A DNA stretch of 64,000 nt from Chrysomallon squamiferum (lineage: Eukaryota; Animalia; Mollusca): contig CM022678.1 in the NCBI GenBank assembly GCA_012295275.1, forward strand, positions 20,147,144 through 20,211,143, in the 5' to 3' direction. The notes under the pieces were generated by a model. The model searched no databases. It saw only the letters and a program-made list of their open reading frames with translations, and was not told the DNA's origin. Position numbers and translations under genes: made by a program. How positions within the stretch are numbered: position 1 is the first letter of the stretch; each line of letters begins with the position of its first letter. Shown here one piece after another: positions 53,146 to 64,000 of the stretch.

Positions 53146-55265
53146 CTACAGATGAGGACATTTCCTTCGAAAAGAGATTGGAATCGTTTCCTCACTCCTT
53201 TCATCTTACAGATCTCATGTTCTGCTCAAAACAGCTTAGAGAAAAATTACTTGAAAAGTTTCAAGGAAAACCGAAAGAAGAGAAATCGGGTGACATGGAA
53301 GAATGTGAAAATGAAAAGAGAAGTTACAATCGCACCAACAATTTTGTCTCCTTCCTGCTGTTTGTGCTAGGAGATCGAGACAAGGCAATCGAGATAAATT
53401 TGAAAGTCTGTCGTCGAGACCCTACTAACATTGTAGCTCGTGCAAACCGTGTGCGATTTCTGTTAAAACAGGATAAGCATTCTGCTGAATCAGAATTAAT
53501 TGAACTGGAAAACGTGAACGGAGACCTGGACAGAATGCGTGCTGTAGCTGAAGCTGAACTTGCCTATTGCTACTCTGAACTAACACCAGCTTCTTATCCA
53601 AAGGCTCTGAAACTGTACAGAAAATTAAATGAGAATTATACTGAAGAATACGAGTGGAAATTTGGTGAGGGTCTAACTCTTAGACGATTTCTGTCCCCTC
53701 AGAGCTATTCAATTCAGTCAGGTATCGATGTGGTAGAATACGCTGTTAGATGCTATGAACTGCTAGACGAAGTCGGCAGGCAAGGACCTGAACCTCTGAA
53801 TGCGATGGCGTACGCAGAGCTTTTGGAATTAGCCAAGCGGCTTGAATCAAAAACAAGACCATTTGAAGAGGAACATGTTGTGGAAAGAATTAAGCAACAA
53901 ACAAATCTGCAGTCGTGTGAGAAATATTTCCAGACAGCTCTTGAATTAGACAACAACAGCAGTTTCGTACTGAAAAGGTTAGGCAAATATTTACTAAATG
54001 AAAATCAACTGGATGAGGCTGAGACAATGTTAGAACAGTCAGTCAGTCGTAATCCGACAGGAAAAGATTTCCATCACCTGGGAAAGGTTCTGCTGAAAAA
54101 AGAGAGAAAACAAAACAACAGCGAAACACTTAAGCGTGCGATTGAAAATCTAAAACTGGCCGTTGAAATGTCACACGGGGAAAATTACCCTGCAGCGCTT
54201 GACTTGGCTTCTGCTTACCTGAGAAGAAACCGCTTCGATGATGCCGAAAAGGTCTTAAAAGATATCATAGAAAGAGCTGAAAGTGATACCAATCAGTTCT
54301 GTTATATTAATGCTTTGAAAATGAAGAGTAGAATCTGTTGTGAGAAAAATTGGAGACTGAGTGAAGAGACATTAAACTACAAAATTCTTGCTATAGAAGC
54401 TTCTGCCTCAGAAGTGCTGTACAAATATCGCACTCATTTTAGAACGGTGACAGATTTGCTGAACCAAAAGGATGGTCCACGTGGGGTAAAAATACCGTGG
54501 GAAGTTAAAGAAGTTTACTGTATGATCAGTGAGTTCGCCCGATCTCTTCCGATTTATGAGAAGATTCAAAACCGTAATCTGGGATCACAAGACTGGATTG
54601 CAATTACAGAGGAATACCTCAATCGACAAGAATACGAAAATACTAGACTGTGTGTAAGTCTGCTGATGGGTACGCAACAAGCTGATTATATTCCTTTTCC
54701 TCTCGTCAGTCGAATTTATCTGAAAACAGCAGAGCACATGTTATCAAGAGGCCTGTCACCGAGTAAAGTTTCGCGATGTTTCAGAAGGATTTTTACGTTA
54801 TACTACAAAACGAAGAAAGAAGATGAAATAAATGGTGCTGATATCATGATTATCCATGACAAAGACGATTGTAACTCGTCTGAGATTTCAGTGAAGATTC
54901 AGAAAATTCTGGAAGACTATACAGGTCTTGAAGTCACGAGGAATGATGAACTTGCCTTTGAAGGAATGGATGATATCTCTTTTTATGAACAACTGATGCC
55001 TCTTATTCGCTGCATTGTTGTAGTTGTTAATTCGGATACCCCAAACACACACTGGAAACAGGTGATTGATTTGGCAATAGCAACTGCTACGAAAAATGAG
55101 AAGATGATGATTGTATGCTTGAAATCAGGAGAGACTCACCAAGTCACTGAACTCAATGATTTCAAAACAGGAAAAACTCCACCAGACGAAGCAGACGACA
55201 AAGCTGCTGTGGACTGGCTGCTGGAAACTTTTCCACTTCTTGTTAATGCTGACGTCAATTTGTAA
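53146..55265 (+). CDS. IFIT/TTC22-like tetratricopeptide-repeat protein with C-terminal TIR-like domain, copy 1 main exon (about 727 aa spliced)
   Basis: 2.1-kb open exon; TPR patterns (…LKRLGKYLLNENQLDEAETMLEQSV, …LASAYLRRNRFDDAEKVL); N-terminal LESFPHSFHL recalls TTC22/IFIT; C-terminal alternating beta/alpha pattern starting DIMIIHDKDD. Confidence 0.8.
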
Positions 55266-56036
55266 ATTTGAAAATTTACAGATCTTAACAATAATTTGAA
55301 TTGAACTTTATGGATTGTTCAAGTTTATTAATCGAAATAATTGTAATAATAATAATAATCACATGAAGATTAACAACAATAACAATTATGCTAATAATTA
55401 TATTTATATTCGGATTTCTTTTCGAAAATGCTTGAACTGGAAATGTTTTTGATTACTGATTTTTTTTAGTTTTAAGAACATGAAACGAAGGTAGGAAAAT
55501 ACGATGCCTTTTAAAAACCTAAATACTTATATAGGTGTCCTACAAATATATATATATAGCTTAACATTTTTATCTACGTATACAGGTTGTACAGACGATC
55601 TAGTTATATTAATATATTTTTCAATAACTTTATGGTTGAAATGAAATTTGTGTTATCTAAATTGTAATATAAGAATCATGGCTTATTTGTAATATAGAAT
55701 CAATAGAATCAATAATAGAAAATAATATAATATAATATAATATAATATATAATATAATATATGTTTTTGTGTATCTGTCTGTCTATATCTATATATAAAG
55801 TAATTATACCTGAATAAAATGCTGATTTAGAGAATCGTTTTCTGTTTTTATTGTTTTGTGTGTAATTGTGACTCCAGGTTAGTGAATTGTGTTAACGACA
55901 AAATCGTTGTATGTAAATAGATTTTGTTAATTTTGTAATTTAGAGCTTATTTTTATATAAAGAGCTTTGTGTGAGGTTACTGTCATCATGTGAAATGTCT
56001 ACACCAACCCTTTGACTTTTTCACCTTCAAGTGCTT

Positions 56037-56086
<50 letters not shown>

Positions 56087-56580
56087 TAATAACAATCACA
56101 ATAACAACAATAATAAAATATATTATTACAAAAATATAAAACTTAAGAAAAACCCAGTATTTTATTGTATTAGCAATTTGATTATAAAATGTCCGGGCAT
56201 GATAACCTAAGAAGCAAGTACATATTATAAGGAGGTGTTGTCGTGAATGTGTTTATACTGTTGTCAGGCGCCGAGGTCATACACACCTTATATAGATTGT
56301 TTATCTACTCTTACTGTGTTGACTGTTCTAATTTCAATAAGGAAAGAAGACACCAGATTTATATTTAAGTGCGCTATGTTTGCGTCACGTAGGCTGATAA
56401 ATGTAAAGAAGGGTACGGAGCTTTTCAGAATACCTGGAAAAAACCCAGACATACTTGATTTATTTATTTATTTATCATTCATTTTTGTTAGTGGAAAAAG
56501 AATATATATCCTTTTCTTCTTATTAGATTTTTTATTTATTTTGTTTTTTTATAAATGGCTTTTGCAAACGTAAGGTTTCA

Positions 56581-56664
<84 letters not shown>

Positions 56665-56813
56665 AAGAAGAAGAAGAAGAAGAAGAAAACTAATGACTCA
56701 GAACAGACAGATTTTTGTTAGGCCTAGAGAAATGTACAATTGAGCCATAACATGGAAACTGAGATCTACACAGAAAAAACAAAACTACAGACACACACAC
56801 ACATTTATATAAG

Positions 56814-56912
<99 letters not shown>

Positions 56913-57098
56913 TATATTTTGTAGAAAACAATATTTTTTCAGTGAAAGTTCCTTCACCAATTTTGTGATTATATATCATTAAAAAATAATAATAATAACA
57001 AAAGTAAAACTTCTTTCTTATATCAGATTTTAATAACTAATTGTTTTTCCGCCGATATTCCTTCCGCCTCTTCCCATTACTTATATTTTATTTTTCAG

Positions 57099-57730
57099 CA
57101 ACAGATGAGCACATTTTATTGTAAAATAGGTTGGAATCATTTCCTCACTTCCTTCTTCGTATATATTTCACGTTCTGGTAAAAACAGCATAGAGAAAAAT
57201 TACTTGCAAAGTTTCAAGAAAACCGAAAGAAGAGAAATCGGGCGAGATGGAAAAATATGAAAATAAAAAAACAAGCAACGATCGAGACAGGGTAATCGCG
57301 ATAAATTTGAAAGTCTGACGTTGAGACCTACAAACGTTGTAGCTCATGGAAACCGTGTGCGTTTTCTGCAGAAAGAGAACGACCGTTCTGCTGAATCAGA
57401 ATTAATCGAACTGGAAAACCCGGAGGGAGACCTCGACAGAATGCGTGCTGTAGCTGAAGCTGAACTTGCCTATTGCTATTCTGAACTAACACCAGCTTCT
57501 TATCCAAAGGCTCTCGAGCTGCACAGAAAAGTAAATGAAAAATATCCAGAAGAACACTACTGAAAATTTGAAGAAGGTCTAACAGTTAGACGATCTCTGT
57601 CCCTTCAAAGCTATTCGTTTCAGTCACGTACCGATATCGCTGAAATCGCTGTTAGATGCTAAGAACTGCTAGACGGAGTCGGCAGTAAGGGCCAGAACCA
57701 TTAAATACCATCGCTTATTCCGGGCTTGGG
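57099..57730 (+). pseudogene. TPR-TIR copy 2, truncated pseudogene
   Basis: homologous to 53146-53825; frameshifts, an internal deletion, stops (TGA at 57561, TAA near 57660), 3' truncated, first coding exon missing. Confidence 0.88.
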
Positions 57731-57929
57731 TCATTCTTACGTAATTTTATATCATATCATTTAACTGAGCGACAGTGATTGGCAGAAACTGCAGCACTAA
57801 CATTTAGTAAAAAGAATAAATAAATATTAATAATAATATAATAAAATAAAATAAATACACAAGCAAACAAACAAAAACAAAAAATCAAAAACAAAAAACA
57901 AACAAAAAAAATCAGTTAGGTGATCGTAG

Positions 57930-58123
57930 ATTCTAAATAGACTGCCTAACCAATCAGACACGACTATTTTCCTATGATCATGGTGATCACGTGACTTCGA
58001 CAATGCAGCAGTCTGGTCACTCGACACTCAGGTCATGAAATACATCTTGATAACGATAACACTTTTTACGGACAGACTGGTGGACCTTTAGTTCGGATTC
58101 AATAAAAAAAAAAAAAAAAAAAA
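57930..58123. mobile_element. Possible mobile-element fragment downstream of the copy 2 truncation
   Basis: CpG-richer segment unrelated to copy 1, ending …gactggtggaccttta…AATAAA plus poly(A). Confidence 0.3.
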
Positions 58124-58461
58124 GCACCCCCCCCCCCAGTTTATTCAAGTACACAGACACATCCACTGTTTATCTTATTCTTTTCCTAACTGCACAAAAT
58201 TAGTCATATTTACTTTCAGTTTGTTCCATCACGTTCGAGAAACAGTTAAATCTAATAAGCATATAAAGTTACCATTAAACTATAAATGTACATGGTCAGT
58301 GTATTGACATGCACTATTATAAAAATGTGCAAACGAAAAAACACATTCAAAATTATGCTTGGCACAAAAGAAAGAAATTTACGAAATTTGAACCTAAGAT
58401 TTATTTCAACCAGTTAAATTTGGATTTCATAATAAATGTTGGAATTAAATAATAATAATAA

Positions 58462-58502
<41 letters not shown>

Positions 58503-59791
58503 TAAAAAATAAAATAAAATAAAAGTCAAATATTAGCTAAATGTTTTTCTTATTCAGGCCAAACTAAACGTCCACCCGTCTCTCTGTATGAAGTATGTTC
58601 CTTGTTCAAATTTCGTTTCAGGGGTGGATTATTGCTTGGTTTTCATGTTCCACGGAGGCTTACCCCGGCTAAAAATAACAAGAACAAAAACAGCAGCAAC
58701 AACAACAACAACAACAACAATAATAATAACACCAATAACAAAAACAAGAACAATAAAAGCCTTATAAGCAATGTTTTTTTGTTAAAAAAAATTTTGTTAT
58801 AACATTATCGCATGAGAACAGTATAAACACAATAATGACTGTATGCCCTTATTACATATGTATACATTTACAAAGATGATGTGGCTACTCAAAAGTGAGT
58901 TATTTGGAAGGATACAGGCTGTATATAACCAAACACTATGAGAACAGCTGTAAACAACAATTCATTTCCGGTTTTCAAAGCATCTAATCTGGTGTCAGAC
59001 GGAATGCAAACTTGTGATAAGTACTGAATTTTTATGTTATAAAGTATACATTTTATATAATTATCACAAATAAAAAAAGTCATGTTTTCCAGTTTATTTA
59101 ATATAAAAATTATGTTCTGCCAGCATGAACGAGATACCATCACTTTCTAACGTAGAGCGACATTGATACGAACAAAGAATTCATTTTAATACAATTGTTC
59201 ACAATACATGTTAACTTATTATCAAATTAATAATTTTGAGTTCCCTACACGTATAACACTTATAACAAAATGAATGTCTTGCAGCGTTGAAAAGCTCACA
59301 TTTTTGGTGAAATTAAAACTAAAATTTTGAAATTCCATTTTGTTTTCTTTTTTTTCTTACTTCTAGGTTTGACGTGTTCTGTCGGGAGATAGATATTCAT
59401 ATTTTCTATATCTTGGTTTGTTTTCTTATTACTGTCGTCGTTGTCGTCGTTGTTGTTGTTGTTCTTATTATTATTATTACTACTACTACTACAACACTCA
59501 AGGGATATGATCATTACGGGTAGAACATTTCAGAAGTTTTTCTTAAAGAAGAACGTTATCAGATTAGGACGGACATAAAGTGCTAACTGATTTGCTCTGC
59601 GCAATAGCGAGAATGCCACACGTTTTACCGATTGTAAGAATTAGCACATCGGCAATTGTAGCGGAACACACACATCAGCAATTTATGTTTAGTTCTACAA
59701 GTTTAGTATTAAACGGCTAAGTTTTACTCATAGCAAATATATCTGTGTAAGCAAAATATCTGTTTCCTCATCGCTTAGTAAAAGTCATATA

Positions 59792-60600
59792 CCGTATATA
59801 CTTGTGTACAAGGCGACCTTATGTATAAGTCGATGTGTATTTTAAGACCAAAAATTGCGTCATTTTAGGTATTACTTGTGTATAAGTCGACTGTAGATTC
59901 CAGGCACCGTCACTATTTTTAGACCAGTGTGACAGTGCGACGAAGGCCTACATTGTACGCCTACTGTAACATAACTTGCACGAGCTGTAACTTGCACGAA
60001 CATACCATAATAACGTAAATGCATGTATTACACGAGCTATAGCCTAAATGTATCATAAATAGTATCTCTTTAATGTAATAGGTCTAACATGGAGACATAA
60101 CTTACCGTTATATTTAGCCCTTCTATGATTTACAAAATTTGTCGGTAGTGGATATTAATGACGATTGCAATATTATTTCACCAAATTCTTTACAATTAAA
60201 CAAGTGAGTTTTGTTTATGAAATTAGGACCGATATTTAGTGCAATTTGGTAGAGAAGTCTGCATTCCTAGATCATTGCAAGACGACGTAAGGCATAACGC
60301 CGTACTGACGGTTTTCTCGCTTTAAAATCTATTTTTATGTCATTAAACGGAAGAATATGATGTTTTACATTCATATTTGGTTTTGTTATTTAATTTTTCA
60401 AAATTGTTTATACGATAAAATTATATTTTTGAAAAGCTGAAAGACCGCGATTATTCTAGATGCATCCCGTAGCAAAAAATAGTCAAAATGGCGACTCTTC
60501 GGCAACAGTTACAAAAGCATTACCTATGTATAAGTCGACCCCCAAAATATTACCTTAATATAGTCTCCCAAAAATTCGACTTATACACAAGTATATACGG
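59792..60600. mobile_element. Non-autonomous Tc1/mariner-superfamily (Tc2/pogo-like) MITE, 809 bp
   Basis: TIRs CCGTATATACTTGTGTACAAGGCGA and the reverse complement of TCGACTTATACACAAGTATATACGG (23/25 match); TA on both flanks; subterminal GTATAAGTCGA repeats; no transposase. Confidence 0.9.
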
Positions 60601-61343
60601 TAATTAAGGGTGTACGCACGCAAGAAATCCACATGGAGACATACAAACATAAATATAAATAAATACACATAGAAACATATACACATAAATATATGAAAAT
60701 ATACACAGACCAAAAGATATAAAAAATACATACACACATAAATATGTATAAATACACACACACAAACACACACGCAGAGAGAATATATAGACATGCGCAA
60801 TCAGGCTCACGTACACACACACATGGATACACCTGCCAATGTATCAAAAAAGTACATAATGAGTTTATTTACGTCATAGTCATCTGAAAAGATCACACCA
60901 CATTTTTATCTTCTGATTTGACATTACTTATTTATCTACTATCTGTTACTAATGAACTGATTCGTGGAATATTTAAAAGGAAAGTAGACACCTGATTTAT
61001 ACAACACTTAAAAGATAGAGCTATCACAGTTTCTAACTGTTCGCTTGAGGGTAAGGAACATTCACAGAGAAAGTGTAAGTTTGATTTAAGTTTTGTTATT
61101 ACTATCATTATATTAGATATTTAAATAATGTTTCATTCATCACTTGTGCATTAAAACATATAATTATTTATTTATTTAATACAGTTTTCATTGTTATATT
61201 TTAACTGTTATTTTGTCATCTTCTGAAATATTTTTTTTGGTGAGTGTGTTTGTTTTAAAAAAAAGAAAGAAGATGACTGAATCAGTAACTAAGAATTTTA
61301 ATAAAACAATCATCTATATATAAGCGACTGAATCAACAACAAC

Positions 61344-61410
<67 letters not shown>

Positions 61411-62084
61411 TAATGATTTGAACTTATCACATTTAGTGTTTTCATCACACGCACATTATCTACATGTTATTAAGACTTTGACCGCTCAAAGTTTTATACA
61501 GATATACACTCGTTTGTTCTGGTTGTTGCACTTTGATCAATCTTGTTTGTAAATTTGAAATAAAATCGTAAAACGAAAAACACAATGAGAAATTTTTTAG
61601 ATATCTAACATTAAGTATTTATTAATAATAAAGGACAAAGTACGAAACTAGCTAACATTTAGTACCAGAGGCTGACCACGTCAAGCTTACTTATTTAACT
61701 CATGATATATCTCCGGAAAAACGGCGGCCCACTACTTTTTGCGCCACTCATGTTAGCAGCCTATCAACGGCGCGAAATCGTTGGTTTCCGGAAAAACGGA
61801 GCGAAATCGTTGGTTTCCGGAAAAACGTCGCGTAATGTAAAGTTCGTGTTCTGTTAAACAGTCGGGTTTTTCAGAGACCCAAAAGGTTAAACAACCATTG
61901 TGTGAGTCTTCATTTCCAAAAACAACGTGTTAAGTATAACCTGACACCAAAACAGACAAAACCAAATATTAATGTTACAAATATTGTTTTTAATTTTTTA
62001 ATTGTATTTTGTTCTGTTTTTTGTATATTGCTATCTCTCTGTATGTCTGTCTGTGTGTCAGTCTGTGTACCTATGTATATATCA

Positions 62085-62124
<40 letters not shown>

Positions 62125-62895
62125 ACATATATATATATGTATGAGATACTTTACTGTCCATTAAAATCAAGCTATAATTCACTAACAGTTTATTGACTAT
62201 TAAGAGGTATACACTACAAGGAACTGTAATATACAAACGCACAAGAAAGAAACTACTCGTAAATCCATGTAAATGTTTTGGGAACCAGGAAGATTTAGGT
62301 GGCATAATACAATTAGTATTTAGATAAGGGTAAAGCGAAACATTAAAGTGTTGCTTTTTTCTTTATTTCTTTTTAAGCATTTTATTATGTGACCCCAGCA
62401 TAGACAGCTACAATTGCTCAACATTACAGAAAAAAGAAAAAATCCAACTACAAACTAATCTATAAATAACTATTACTTCTCCCCGGTGTTCATACTCGCT
62501 ATCTTTCTTACATATTTCAGTGACCTAGATTCACACACCCGTTTGTGTTTCTGTAGTATCATACATCGGTTGATAACGCTCAAGATAGCTATTAAACATA
62601 ATTAAGAGTGTATAATCTGTAGATGTCGTTGTGTTTCTAGATAAAAAAAGAAATACAGTAATTCTCGTATTTATTTATTTATTTATTTTCTTATTACAAT
62701 ATATATTTTTTTAAATGTGTTCTTTCTATTTCTTTCTCTTTCGATTTCTTTCTTCGTTTTTTATTTATTTATTTTTAATTTTCTATTTATTACTAGTATT
62801 TACTTCTTATCCATGGGTTTTTAAATGCATGATGTTCAATACAGCTATAAGATTTATAATATTACTAAAACATTTTATTACATACTTTTAGGAAA

Positions 62896-62962
62896 ATGAC
62901 TGCGAGAAAAGAGCAAAGTACAACATCGATAGATACGGATTTTGCCAGGATAAATATTGGTA
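62896..62962 (+). CDS. TPR-TIR copy 3, first coding exon (MTARKEQSTTSIDTDFARINI[G])
   Basis: homologous to 52677-52740; tandem donors at 62960 and 62963, both phase 1. Confidence 0.78.
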
Positions 62963-63119
62963 GTGAGAAATATTAATCAGGATCCGTATTATGTAGAATT
63001 ACACGTTGATGTTACATTACTCTGATTACTTTTATAAACACGTTATTCTCTCTTTCACATATATCTACATCGAGATATCTGCTTAAAAATACTAGCAAAC
63101 AACCACACACACACATAAT

Positions 63120-63240
<121 letters not shown>

Positions 63241-63394
63241 CGGTAAAAACAATATATTATCATTGCTCATCGTGAGTTTAATAAAGAAAAAAAATGAAAA
63301 AATAAAGAAATCGAAATTATATTTTTAGAAAAGACTTTTACTTCAGAAAATTCACGTCACTTAATTTTATCTTATTATTATTTTTTTTTTTCAG

Positions 63395-64000
63395 GTGCGG
63401 ATGAGGATATCGCCTTCGAAAAGAGACTACAATCATTTCCTCACTCCTTTCATCTCACAGATCTCATGTTCTACACGAAACAGCGCAGAGAAGAACTGCT
63501 TAGAAAGTTAGAACAACGGGAAGAAGACATACCTACTTCAGTGGGAAATCAACCAAGTCAAAAGACACACACAAATCGTCACGACAATTTTTCTTCGTTC
63601 TTGCTTTTTTTGCTAGGAGATCGAGAGAAGGCAATCGAGATAAATTTAAAAGTCCGTGATCGCGACCCTACTAACATTGTAGCACGGGCAAATCGTGTGC
63701 GATTTCTGATAAAACAGGATAGGCGTTCTCCTGAGTCAGAATTAGAGGAATTGGAAAACTTGGAGGGAGACCTGGACAGAATGCGTACTGTAGCTGAAGC
63801 TGAACTTGCTTATTGCTACACTCGACTATCACCAGCTTCTTATCCAAAGGCTCTAAAGCTGTACAGAACATTAAATGAGAAATATCCAGACGAATTCGAG
63901 TGGAAATATCGAGAGGGTCTCACACTTAGACGATCTCTGTCCTTTCAGAGCTATTCAATTCAGTCAGGTATCGATGTGGTTGAATACGCTGTTGAATGCT
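63395..64000 (+). CDS. TPR-TIR copy 3, main exon, open to the window end
   Basis: ttcAG acceptor; ADEDIAFEKRLQSFPHSFHLTDLMF…GIDVVEYAVEC without stops; paralogous to copy 1. Confidence 0.88.

Noticed and set aside
54837-55265. TIR NADase activity for the TPR-TIR protein
   Set aside because: The helix-C motif reads HWKQVID rather than WCxxE, so the catalytic Glu appears absent by eye; a scaffold role is more likely, pending structural alignment.

Overview
AT-rich, microsatellite-dense animal genomic DNA, probably from a lophotrochozoan (a gastropod-like mollusc is my inference). It holds four loci, read by hand-splicing exons. (1) The 3' part of an SMCHD1 orthologue (+, about 2630-10178; coiled coil plus SMC hinge). 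(2) The mitochondrial folate/FAD carrier SLC25A32 (-, 31455-17357), which has two paralogous alternative terminal exons. (3) V-ATPase subunit H, ATP6V1H (+, about 31.8/33.5-42.7 kb), head-to-head with SLC25A32. (4) A tandem cluster of genes encoding an IFIT/TTC22-like TPR solenoid fused to a C-terminal TIR-like domain: one intact copy (about 727 aa), one truncated pseudogene, and one open copy running off the window end. Two things stand out. The first is the IFIT-like-TPR/TIR cluster, a candidate innate-immune sensor-adaptor family. The second is that at least nine exon boundaries of the three housekeeping genes sit at the end of tandem arrays that copy the splice site (or, in one case, the stop codon); the largest is about 32 x 67 bp of AG|GT units. 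Several SMCHD1 and SLC25A32 exons carry indels that look like consensus or assembly errors. A TA-flanked MITE lies at 59792-60600. No database search was possible, so family calls rest on remembered motifs.
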